Source: an uncultured Bacteroidota bacterium
GTDB lineage: Bacteria > Bacteroidota > Rhodothermia > Rhodothermales > Salinibacteraceae
Assembly (NCBI GenBank): GCA_913055845.1
Contig: CAJXKO010000008.1
Coordinates: forward strand, 2,881-66,880
Direction: 5' to 3'
Length of the DNA: 64,000 bases
Below, piece by piece: positions 17,346 to 25,630 of the stretch; position 1 is the stretch's first letter, and every line of letters begins with the position of its first letter. Made by a program: the position numbers and the translations under genes. The notes beneath the pieces were generated by a model. The model saw nothing but the letters and a program-made list of their open reading frames with translations. It searched no databases and was not told the DNA's origin.

Positions 17346-18056
17346 CTACTCGCCTCCCTGCGCGGGGCGCCCGGCCTGCGTGGGGGAGCGCTCCTCGGCG
17401 TACAGGTCGATCTGGAGTTGGAGGGGGGTTCCGCCGGTCCGCGACCCAACGAGGTCCATTCCGCCCCGCCAGGCCCCGACGTGCACGTGGGGGGCTCGCG
17501 AGTTGCCATTGTTGCCTACCTTGGCCACCACGTCGCCGGCCTGGACCGTCTCGCCTTCGTTGACGGCAATCTCCCGGACGTGAGCGTAGACGACGGTAAT
17601 GTCTTCACGCTTGTCACGGAAGATGATGAGGCCGGGCTGCGCGTCCCGGTTCATCGTACCGGGGGCATTAACTGTATCCGGGGCCGCCGTTCGAACGACG
17701 GTGCCCTGGAGTGGGGCTCGCACGTCGCGCCGCCACCCGAACCAGTCCTCGTTCTGTTCTCCGTCCGTGCCGGGGCGATAGGTCCTCGGGATGCCGTCGT
17801 CCCCCACCCGGGCCACCATAAAGTCCCGGGCGAGTTGGTCGCCCAGTCGAAGTTGAGAGCGGTAGGTGTGCTCCCGAGTCTTCAGGGTGAGCCGGTCCCC
17901 GCTGGCATCGACGGGGGGATGAATGAGGACCGACTGGGTGAGGGTGTCGCGTTCGGGATTCAATCCTCGCTGGGCCTGGGCCGCCCCCGGGAGGGCGAAC
18001 CACAGGAGGGAAGCAGTGAGAAGGGCGCTAAAACTGCGTGTGAGCACGTGGGACAT
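17346..18056 (-). CDS. M23-family metallopeptidase
   Basis: ORF 17346..18527. The likely start is ATG 18056 or 18071 (MSHVLTRSFSALLTASLLWFALPGAAQAQ signal peptide). C-terminal VVYAHVREIAVNEGETVQAGDVVAKVGNNGNSRAPHVHVG is the LytM/M23 signature. Confidence 0.8.
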   Translation of the reverse strand: MSHVLTRSFSALLTASLLWFALPGAAQAQRGLNPERDTLTQSVLIHPPVDASGDRLTLKTREHTYRSQLRLGDQLARDFMVARVGDDGIPRTYRPGTDGEQNEDWFGWRRDVRAPLQGTVVRTAAPDTVNAPGTMNRDAQPGLIIFRDKREDITVVYAHVREIAVNEGETVQAGDVVAKVGNNGNSRAPHVHVGAWRGGMDLVGSRTGGTPLQLQIDLYAEERSPTQAGRPAQGGE

Positions 18057-18321
18057 GGCCGTCGAATGCATTGGTGAGAGGGGATGGCTAAATGGCGGCG
18101 GGGCTGTTGGCACCATGCTTTGTCTTCGCCCTGCGTCTTCGCAGGCCGACCTTTCACAACCTGCGCGTAAAGGCAGACACCTCGCCCTCTGGTCTGGTGC
18201 GGTGCATTCGACGAGCCGGTCCTCTCGCTCGATCAGCCGGCCCAAATTGATGAGAGGCGCTCCACTCTGTAGGTTGCGCCGTGCATTGGTCTCTTCTCTC
18301 ACGCGCCCGGCCCCTTGTCCC

Positions 18322-20388
18322 ATGATCCGCAAGTCCGTCCGTTGCGTCACCGCCCTTCTGCTCTTGCTCCTGCTTGCCGGCCCCCTGACCGTCGTGGGGC
18401 AGGACGCTCCCTTCTCGCGGATGGACGTGTTCGAGCTGGAGTGGGTCGAGGACCCGCAAATCTCGCCCGATGGAGAGCGCGTCGTGTACGTGCGGCGCGG
18501 CATGGACGTGATGGAGGACCGGCGCACCGGCGCCTTGTGGCTGATCGAGCCCGACGGCGACCGTCACGTGAAGCTCACGGGGCGGGACGTGAACGAGTCG
18601 AGTCCCCGCTGGTCGCCGGATGGCTCGAAGATCGCCTTCACGAGCACCAGCGAGACGCACGGGACTGAGATTTACGTGCACTGGCTGGCGGAGAGCCGGA
18701 CGACCCGGGTCACGCAGCTCGAGCACGCCCCGAGCGGGCTCTCGTGGTCGCCCAACGGAGAGCAGATCGCGTTTTCGGCCAAGGTGTCCGCGCCGGAGCC
18801 CCAGTTCGTGACGCCGCCGGATCCGCCGGAGGGGGCCGACTGGGCGGAGCCGCCCCGCGTGGAGACGCGCCTGAACCACGAGCAGGACGGCGTCGGGGTG
18901 CTCGATTACGGCTACGACCACCTGTTCGTCGTGTCCGCAACGGGCGGGACGGCCCGGCAGGTAACCACCGGCAATTACCACCACGACGGCCGCCCGGGCT
19001 GGACGGCCGATGGCGAGGCGCTCATTTTCTCGGCCAACCGACACGAGAACTGGGCGCGTGAGCGCCGCAACTCGGAGCTCTACCGCGTCTCCGTGGAGGG
19101 GGACACGATCATGCCCCTTACCGACCGCTTTGGCCCCGATTATGCGCCCCACGTTTCCCCGAGCGGCGATCGGGTGGCCTATCTAGGCTACGACGATGAG
19201 GTGCAGACCTACCAGGTCACGAACCTCTACGTGATGAACACGGACGGCTCCGGCGCGCGCCGCGTGGACATGGGGCTGGACCGCTCCGTCGACGACATTG
19301 CCTGGGCCCCGGACGGCGACGGCCTCTATCTGCAGTACGAGGACGAGGGCACGACCATGCTGGGGCACACCACCCTGGAAGGCGACACCACGGGCGTGGC
19401 CTCCCAACTGGGCGGCACGTCCATTGGGCGGCCGTACGGGGGCGGCGACTTTTCGGTCGCCTCCACCGGGCGCCTCGCCATGAACCACACCACCCCGTCC
19501 CATCCCGCTGAGCTGGTCGTTGCGCGCCGCGGAGAGGCGCCCCAGCAGGCGACAGACCTGAACGGCGACCTGCTCGATCGGCGGGCGCTCGGCACCGTGG
19601 AGGAGATTCGCTACACGTCCTCGAAGGACGGCCGCGAGTTGCACGGGTGGGTGGTCACGCCGCCGGGCTATACCCCCGACCGCCGCTATCCGTTGCTCGT
19701 GGAAATTCACGGCGGCCCCATTAGCAACTACGGCGACCGCTTCTCGGCGGAGATTCAGCTGTACGCAGCGGCCGGGTACGTCGTCTTCTACCCCAATGCC
19801 CGGGGCAGCACCAGCTACGGCGAGGCGTTTGGCAACCTCCTCTACAATAACTTCTCGGGCGGGGAGTACCAGGACATCATCGACGGCGTAAACCGTCTCA
19901 TTGACGACGGCGTCGTGGCGCCGGACAGCCTGTACGTGACCGGGGGCAGCGCAGGGGGCACGTCGGCGGCCTGGATTGTAGGCAAGACCGATCGGTTTCG
20001 GGCCGCGGCGGTGCAGAAGCCCGTCACGAACTGGATTAGCAAGACCATGGCGGCGGACAACTACTACGCCTACGCCGACTACCGGTACCCGGGGCAATCC
20101 TGGCAGAACCCGATGGCATACTGGGAGGTCTCCCCGGTCTCCCTGCTCGACAGCATGAACACGCCCACCATGGTACTGGTCGGGGCGGCGGACCTCCGTA
20201 CGCCGCCCTGGCAGGCGAAGCAGCTTTACAACGGGCTTCAGGTCCGGGGTGTGGAGACGGCCTACGTGGAAATCCCCGGCGCCTCCCACGCGATTTCCCG
20301 CCGTCCCAGCCAGCTCATCACGAAGGTCGACCACGTGCTCGCCTGGTTCGAGCGGTACCGGTCGACGAGAGGGGCCGGTAGCGAATAG
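18322..20388 (+). CDS. S9-family serine peptidase (acylaminoacyl-peptidase type)
   Basis: ORF 17923..20388. I moved the start to ATG 18322 (MIRKSVRCVTALLLLLLLAGPLTVVGQ signal peptide). WD/TolB-like propeller repeats (SPDGERVVY, SPDGSKIAF, SPNGEQIAF, SPSGDRVAY). Hydrolase domain with YVTGGSAGG and GASHAI. Confidence 0.85.
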   Translation: MIRKSVRCVTALLLLLLLAGPLTVVGQDAPFSRMDVFELEWVEDPQISPDGERVVYVRRGMDVMEDRRTGALWLIEPDGDRHVKLTGRDVNESSPRWSPDGSKIAFTSTSETHGTEIYVHWLAESRTTRVTQLEHAPSGLSWSPNGEQIAFSAKVSAPEPQFVTPPDPPEGADWAEPPRVETRLNHEQDGVGVLDYGYDHLFVVSATGGTARQVTTGNYHHDGRPGWTADGEALIFSANRHENWARERRNSELYRVSVEGDTIMPLTDRFGPDYAPHVSPSGDRVAYLGYDDEVQTYQVTNLYVMNTDGSGARRVDMGLDRSVDDIAWAPDGDGLYLQYEDEGTTMLGHTTLEGDTTGVASQLGGTSIGRPYGGGDFSVASTGRLAMNHTTPSHPAELVVARRGEAPQQATDLNGDLLDRRALGTVEEIRYTSSKDGRELHGWVVTPPGYTPDRRYPLLVEIHGGPISNYGDRFSAEIQLYAAAGYVVFYPNARGSTSYGEAFGNLLYNNFSGGEYQDIIDGVNRLIDDGVVAPDSLYVTGGSAGGTSAAWIVGKTDRFRAAAVQKPVTNWISKTMAADNYYAYADYRYPGQSWQNPMAYWEVSPVSLLDSMNTPTMVLVGAADLRTPPWQAKQLYNGLQVRGVETAYVEIPGASHAISRRPSQLITKVDHVLAWFERYRSTRGAGSE

Positions 20389-20488
20389 AGAGGGCGGGGC
20401 ACTAGGCCTCGCCGCGTGGAAGATCCCGATCGGGCGGGCCGGGCCGTCCCCTCGGGGACGATTGAGTCCCGGACCGATTTTCCTGAGG

Positions 20489-21001
20489 CTATGTCGTCTC
20501 GGTCTCCACCCAGTCGGCGGGCACCTGCACCTTCATGGCCTGACGGATCGCTTCCACGCGGATCAGAATGTGCATCTGGCCGCGGTGCTCCTGTACCTCG
20601 CCGGTGAGGCCCTGTAAGGGCCCCTCGGTTACGGTCACGGTCTCGCCCACAGGCGGACGCAGATCGGCGACCGAGAGTCGGTTTGGGGCCTGCTGGGCCG
20701 TTTGGAGCTGCTCGACGGTTTCCTCGCGGAGCCGGGCGGGCTCGCCGTCGAAGTGCACGCACCGCACGATCCCCTTCGTGCGAAGCACGCGCAGTCGGTC
20801 TTTCTCGTCGACCCGGGCAAAAAGATAGTTGCGGAAGAGAGGGACCGTCACCTCCTTCTTACGGTCGGACCACTGCCGGATCTCCTGCTTCTTGGGCACG
20901 AGCACGTCGATGCGGCGGTCCGTGAGGCGCTCCTCGCATTTCTTCTCTGCACGGGCCCGGGTGTAAAAGACGCGCCAGAGGCGGGAATCGGACTCGCTCA
21001 T
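20489..21001 (-). CDS. UpxY/RfaH-like NusG-paralog transcription antiterminator
   Basis: ORF 20489..21133. Start is ATG 21001 (MSESDSRLWRVFYTRARAEKKCEERL). NGN-type N-terminal domain (WRVFYTRARAEKK...PLFRNYLFARV) and C-terminal KOW (GETVTVTEGPLQGLTGEV). Confidence 0.75.
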   Translation of the reverse strand: MSESDSRLWRVFYTRARAEKKCEERLTDRRIDVLVPKKQEIRQWSDRKKEVTVPLFRNYLFARVDEKDRLRVLRTKGIVRCVHFDGEPARLREETVEQLQTAQQAPNRLSVADLRPPVGETVTVTEGPLQGLTGEVQEHRGQMHILIRVEAIRQAMKVQVPADWVETETT

Positions 21002-21149
21002 TGGGAAAACGCTGGTTTTTTGCCCAGACAGCGCCTCTCGGAAAGAGCCAGCCCACAAATGGTTTCGGGACGAGGCCTCAATCGTCCTGTCCCGAGCGAA
21101 TTCCGGGCGCCCTGGGTGGACCGCCGGCACCATTTCGTCGGGGCAGCAG

Positions 21150-21560
21150 TCAAATTTTCTTGGACTCGCTGCTACACTGCTCGTGGGGCGTGGTCGGGGT
21201 GCGCGTGTAGTCCAGGGTTGTGTCCGGAAGGGCCACCGTGAGCGTATCGCCGTTGCGGGTCAGGTCCCACCGCGTGCCCGCGGAGTGTAGCAGCGCCTCG
21301 TCCTTCCAGCGCACGGTCGAAGGCATCATCATGCACTCCCCACGGTCGTCGATGCGCCACACCGAGAGCATGGGGAGTCGGATCTGAAGGTAGACCGTGT
21401 GGTCCTCGAAGCGGTGCACCCACGTCCCGTCCGGCTGGGCCGTGGCGACCGTGGGGCCGCCGAGCCACGAGACGACGCAAAGTGAGAGTGTTAGCACGAA
21501 TCCGCGGAGGGCGAAAAGACGTCGGGCCGGGACATGGTCGGAGGGGCCACGGTCGGGCAT
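21150..21560 (-). CDS. Hypothetical secreted protein
   Basis: ORF 21150..21701. Start ATG 21560 gives a hydrophobic signal-like segment (LFALRGFVLTLSLCVVSWLGGPTVATAQ). No family recognised. Confidence 0.45.
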   Translation of the reverse strand: MPDRGPSDHVPARRLFALRGFVLTLSLCVVSWLGGPTVATAQPDGTWVHRFEDHTVYLQIRLPMLSVWRIDDRGECMMMPSTVRWKDEALLHSAGTRWDLTRNGDTLTVALPDTTLDYTRTPTTPHEQCSSESKKI

Positions 21561-21920
21561 GGCATTCGGGCCAGGAGGAAAAAGAGTGTGGAGGGGCGCT
21601 GCGCGCGGGCAAGAGGGAGGAAGGGGCGGCAGGCTCCTTTGGGCATCTCGCCCCGCGTGCGTTTCGCCCATGGGGAGCGTCTTTCGTATCGGGGGGTGCA
21701 CGGGAGCGTCGCAAGCTTTCTAAAATTTTCCGTGGGTAGTGCACCGCTCGTGGCAGGGACCGTGCCGGGAGGAGGCGAGTGGCGGCGGCATCGTTGCGCG
21801 CTTTTCCCGATCACTGGTCCCAGGTCCACCGTGGTGGATCCGTCCCGGGAACAGTCGCGTCGGGGGCTAGCTTCACCGAGCGGTCATGCACACGTCCACA
21901 AGACCGTCCTGCCCGAGCCC

Positions 21921-23315
21921 ATGCTTTCGACCGGTAGTTTCCTCGTCGCTGGTCTTGTCCTCATCGCCGCCCTGTGCGGGGCCGGGGGCACTTGGTTTCT
22001 CCTGCGGCGCCGGGCGGCACGGGCCTACGAGCGGGGCCGGCAGGCCAACGACGGAGACCTCTCGGCGCTGGAGCAGGAGGTGCGTGGCCTGAAGGCGCAG
22101 TTGGAGGAGGTGAAACGCGAGCGAGAGGACCTGAATGACCAGGTGGGCGCCCTCCGGGAGACGAAGTCCACGCTCGAAACCAAGAATGAGACGCTGCGGG
22201 AGCGCCTAGAGCAGCAGGAGGCGCGCATCGAGGAGCAGCAGCAGGCGCTTCGCGACCAGTTCGAGAACCTCGCCAACGACATCCTGGAGGCGAAGGCCGA
22301 GAAGTTCACCGAGCAGAACGAGGAAAATCTCGACCAGCTTCTCACCCCGTTGCGGGAGCGGCTGGGCGAGTTCAAGCAGAAGGTGGAAGAGACATATGAG
22401 AAGGGGCTCAAGGAGCGAAGTCAGCTGGAGACGCAGATCGAGCAGCTGAGCGACCTCAACGAACAGATGTCCGAGCGGGCCGAAGCCCTCACCGAGGCCC
22501 TCGACGGCCAGTCCAAGACGCAGGGCGACTGGGGCGAGATGGTGCTCGAGCGGATTCTGGAGGAATCGGGCCTGACGGAGGGACGAGAGTACCACACCCA
22601 GGTAAGCGCGACCGATGGGCAGGGCCGCCGTCTGCGGCCGGACGTGGTGGTGGAGATGCCGGAGGAACGGTTCGTGGTGGTCGACGCCAAAGTATCACTT
22701 ACCGCGTACCGGCGGTTCGTCTCGGCCGACGCCGAGGAGACGAAAGAGGAGCACCTCCAGACCCATCTGCAGTCGGTCCGCGGCCACGTCAACGGCCTCG
22801 CCGAAAAAAACTACGACCGCCTCTACGGCGACCGAAGCCCCGATTTTGTTCTCCTGTTCATGCCGATTGAGCCGGCCTTCGCCCTTGCGCTCCAGCACGA
22901 AGAGGGCTTGTATCAGAGTGCATTCGACCAGGGGGTTGTCATCGTGAGTCCCACGACGCTGCAGGCCACGATCGCGACCATTGCCAACATCTGGCGGCAG
23001 GAGCGCCAGACCCAGAACGCCCGCGAGATTGCCGAGCGGGGCGGGCGGCTCTACGACAAGTTCGTACTCTTTGCGGAGGCGCTCGAGGAAATTGGACAGC
23101 GCATTGAGCAGGCCCGAGACAGCTACCGCACCGCCAAGAAGCGGCTCAGTGACGGCCGGGGCAACCTACTGCGACAGGTGGAAATGCTGCGTGAGTTAGG
23201 GGCCGAAAACAGCAAAACGCTGCCCGACACGTTTCAGACCGATCTTGAGTCGGTCCGAAGGACTGCCTCCGCGGACGGTACACCGTCCAATGCCGAAGCC
23301 GACGGGGACGCGTAG
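21921..23315 (+). CDS. rmuC: DNA recombination protein RmuC
   Basis: ORF 21534..23315. Start ATG 21921 gives an N-terminal TM segment (MLSTGSFLVAGLVLIAALCGAGG). A long Glu/Leu/Gln coiled coil follows, then a conserved C-terminal region (PDVVVEMPEERFVVVDAKVSLTAY...FVLLFMPIEPAF...VVIVSPTTL). Confidence 0.85.
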   Translation: MLSTGSFLVAGLVLIAALCGAGGTWFLLRRRAARAYERGRQANDGDLSALEQEVRGLKAQLEEVKREREDLNDQVGALRETKSTLETKNETLRERLEQQEARIEEQQQALRDQFENLANDILEAKAEKFTEQNEENLDQLLTPLRERLGEFKQKVEETYEKGLKERSQLETQIEQLSDLNEQMSERAEALTEALDGQSKTQGDWGEMVLERILEESGLTEGREYHTQVSATDGQGRRLRPDVVVEMPEERFVVVDAKVSLTAYRRFVSADAEETKEEHLQTHLQSVRGHVNGLAEKNYDRLYGDRSPDFVLLFMPIEPAFALALQHEEGLYQSAFDQGVVIVSPTTLQATIATIANIWRQERQTQNAREIAERGGRLYDKFVLFAEALEEIGQRIEQARDSYRTAKKRLSDGRGNLLRQVEMLRELGAENSKTLPDTFQTDLESVRRTASADGTPSNAEADGDA

Positions 23316-23333
23316 CGGCGCGGAATCCAGGCG

Positions 23334-23714
23334 TTACGCGACCCCGGCTTCGCGTCGCACCCGGTCGGCCCCACGCTCGGTGAGAATGAGGCTCGGGCTG
23401 GCCCCGTCAGGAAACCCCAGAAGAAGATCGTCGGCCGGCCGAGGCGTGTCGTCGAGCACCTCGTAGAACAACAGCGCGCCCCACTCGTCAAGCTCGTGAT
23501 CCGCGACGGGGTAGGCGGCCACCGGGCACGTTATGCCTCGGGCGTAGAAAGCTGCGCGGTCCTGCAGCGGATCGGCGGGCACGAGTGGCGCGTCCACCCG
23601 ATACCGACGCTGGGAGCGGGCCGCTTTCCGGTTGGCTTCCACCGCCTTCGCGGCGGGGAGGGGCTCGGGGGCGACCCAGAGCGGGGGGCGATCGTCGAAC
23701 GTGATTTGCTGCAT
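23334..23714 (-). CDS. Hypothetical protein
   Basis: 126-aa ORF with host-like GC-rich third codon positions. Convergent with rmuC. No family recognised. Confidence 0.5.
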   Translation of the reverse strand: MQQITFDDRPPLWVAPEPLPAAKAVEANRKAARSQRRYRVDAPLVPADPLQDRAAFYARGITCPVAAYPVADHELDEWGALLFYEVLDDTPRPADDLLLGFPDGASPSLILTERGADRVRREAGVA

Positions 23715-24114
23715 CGGTGGGGACGGTCGTGGAAAGACGGTCGTGGAGAATGTGGCACTACCTGTAGGGGCGCGCGGCGGAGCGTCTCCGAAACCAGTTT
23801 TTGCATGCCTGCATGCAGGAATCGTAGCCCAGCCGGGACCGTTTCGTCGTCCACGTTACCCGCATGGAAGGAGTTCGTTGGGAAGGGCGATCCCTTTCTT
23901 TGTGTCTCGGACCCCTTCGGCCATGGTTGATTGGGCGGAGAGGGCGTTGCGAGGCCCGGCATGGGCTGGTATGTTGGGGGCGCCGGCGCCGGGGGGCTCT
24001 GAAGAGGGCGGCAATTTTCCCGTGGTCTCCAAACGTCGAGACCACATCTCTGTTAGAGGCCGTGTTCTCGAAAACACATGCCCCGGTTTCGTCCACAGGT
24101 CCTGATTGGTCTTT

Positions 24115-25143
24115 ATGCCCGACGACGTTGACGAGCGCGCCGACATCGACGAGCTCCGCGAGCAGATTGAGGCGGCATCGATTGAGAGCGAGGAGGAGGC
24201 CGAGCAGTTTCGCATCCAGTACCTCGGCCGCAATCAGGGGGCCATTCCGGCCCTCTTCGACCAGATTGGCGACCTGCCCCCCGAGGAGCGGCCCGAGTTT
24301 GGGAAGCGACTCAACGCGCTGAAGGAGCGGGCCCAGGAGCGGCTCGACGCGGCGAAGGCTCGCCTCAAGCGCGAGGAGCAGGCGGGTGGGCCCGACATCG
24401 ACCGTACGCTGCCGGGCCGGCGCGGCTTCCGCGGCTCCACGCACCCCCTCACGCAGACGCTCGACGAGATTCTGCGCATCCTGCAGGGGCTCGGCTTCTC
24501 GACCTACGAGGGGCCGGAGATCGAGACCGACTGGCACAACTTCTCGGCGCTTAATTTCCCGCCCGACCACCCGGCGCGGGACATGCAGGACACCTTCTTC
24601 CTGAAGGACGCGCCGGAGGGGGAAGAACCGCGCGTCCTCCGCACCCACACGTCGCCCGGCCAGATTCGGATCATGGAGAATCAGGAGCCGCCCATTCGGG
24701 TGGCGGTGCCGGGACGCGTGTACCGCAACGAGGCGATCTCGTACAAGTCGTTCTGCCTCTTTCACCAGGTGGAGCTGCTGTACGTGGACGAGGGGGTGAC
24801 GATGGCGCAGCTCAAGCAGGTGCTCTACAGCCTCGCCCGCGCCCTCTTCGGCGACGACGTGACGCTCCGCTTCCGTCCCAGCTACTTCCCCTTCACTGAG
24901 CCGAGCGCCGAGGTGGACGTCTGGTGGGCGGACGAGGAGAGCGACGACGGCGGCCAGTGGATGGAAATCTTGGGTTGCGGCATGGTGCACCCCAATGTCT
25001 TCGAGGCCGTGGACGTGGACCCGGAGCGGTACACCGGCTACGCCGTGGGGATGGGCGTGGAGCGCATGGCCATGCTCCGCCACGGCATCGACGACATTCG
25101 GATCTTCTACGAGAACGATGTGCGGTTTCTCGACCAATTCTGA
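24115..25143 (+). CDS. pheS: Phenylalanine--tRNA ligase alpha subunit
   Basis: ORF 24106..25143 opens on TTG; the first ATG is 24115. Class II aaRS motifs seen: [55 protein letters not shown]. Confidence 0.95.
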   Translation: MPDDVDERADIDELREQIEAASIESEEEAEQFRIQYLGRNQGAIPALFDQIGDLPPEERPEFGKRLNALKERAQERLDAAKARLKREEQAGGPDIDRTLPGRRGFRGSTHPLTQTLDEILRILQGLGFSTYEGPEIETDWHNFSALNFPPDHPARDMQDTFFLKDAPEGEEPRVLRTHTSPGQIRIMENQEPPIRVAVPGRVYRNEAISYKSFCLFHQVELLYVDEGVTMAQLKQVLYSLARALFGDDVTLRFRPSYFPFTEPSAEVDVWWADEESDDGGQWMEILGCGMVHPNVFEAVDVDPERYTGYAVGMGVERMAMLRHGIDDIRIFYENDVRFLDQF

Positions 25144-25147
25144 CAAT

Positions 25148-25175
25148 TGCGAAGTGCGAATCTCGAATTTCGAAT
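25148..25175. repeat. Array of four tandem heptads NNCGAAT (TGCGAAG TGCGAAT CTCGAAT TTCGAAT), left boundary of the pheS-pheT insert
   Basis: Read directly. Starts 5 nt after the pheS TGA (25141-25143). Also part of a local hairpin, TGACAATTGCGAA...TTCGAATTGTCA (25141-25180). Confidence 0.85.
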
Positions 25176-25185
25176 TGTCAGGGGG

Positions 25186-25530
25186 CTATTTCTCGCGAGC
25201 GGTTTTCTTGGACGCGACAATGATCGAGGCAATCTGACGCGCCTCGTCCTGTAGCTCCGAAACCTGAGAAGTGGGGCCAGCGCCAAGCTCGTCGAGAAGC
25301 TCCAGCCAGAACTGCGATTCATCGGCCTCTTCTTCCACAAGAGCAAGCTTGGCAATGAAATCCTTTCGGGATCGGGCATGACAGGCGGCGCGGTAATTCG
25401 CCCCTACGGATTTGGCAGACCGGAGGAGTTGCTTCCGAATAACGCGACATTCAGGAGCATTGGGAAGCGATTTACAAAGGTGAATCACGTTCAGCGCGAA
25501 CCGCTTTGTCCGAGGTCGGAGATCTGACAT
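25186..25530 (-). CDS. Four-helix-bundle protein (23S rRNA intervening-sequence protein / Avd-like family)
   Basis: ORF 25186..25623. Start is ATG 25530 (MSDLRPRTKRFALNVIHLCKSLP...). The QLLRSAKSVGANYRAACHARSRKDFIAKLALVEEEADESQFWLELL pattern is characteristic of this family. Antisense to pheS and pheT. Confidence 0.8.
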   Translation of the reverse strand: MSDLRPRTKRFALNVIHLCKSLPNAPECRVIRKQLLRSAKSVGANYRAACHARSRKDFIAKLALVEEEADESQFWLELLDELGAGPTSQVSELQDEARQIASIIVASKKTAREK

Positions 25531-25601
25531 TGGCACCAGGAGATTCCATGACGAAAGAAGCCGTCGTGCGATAGACACGTGAGCACGATGGATGTAACGC
25601 C

Positions 25602-25629
25602 ATTCGCCATTCGAAATTCGCAACTCGAA
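25602..25629. repeat. Array of four tandem heptads ATTCGNN (ATTCGCC ATTCGAA ATTCGCA ACTCGAA), inverted copy of the 25148-25175 array
   Basis: Read directly. Its reverse complement is TTCGAGT TGCGAAT TTCGAAT GGCGAAT, matching the left array at 23 of 28 positions by my count. Ends 1 nt before the pheT ATG (25631). Confidence 0.85.
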
Positions 25630-25630
25630 A

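Noticed and set aside
17923-18321. Long N-terminal extensions offered by the ORF track. Examples: 17923 for the S9 peptidase, 21534 for rmuC, 49669 for the TonB-dependent receptor, 5274, 6558..7595, 36143..37009, 59888 and 62454.
   Set aside because: The extensions are Arg/Pro-rich, overlap neighbouring genes or promoters, and precede an internal Met that gives a clean signal peptide, lipobox or TM anchor. I used the internal starts.
20440-20465. Hairpin GTCCCCTCGGGGAC between the convergent S9 peptidase and UpxY-like genes, as a possible bidirectional terminator.
   Set aside because: The stem is only 6 bp and has no U-tract on either side. That is insufficient to call an intrinsic terminator.
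25186-25530. A diversity-generating retroelement, suggested by the Avd-like four-helix-bundle gene.
   Set aside because: No reverse transcriptase gene and no template/variable repeat pair are visible anywhere near it. The flanking genes are pheS and pheT.
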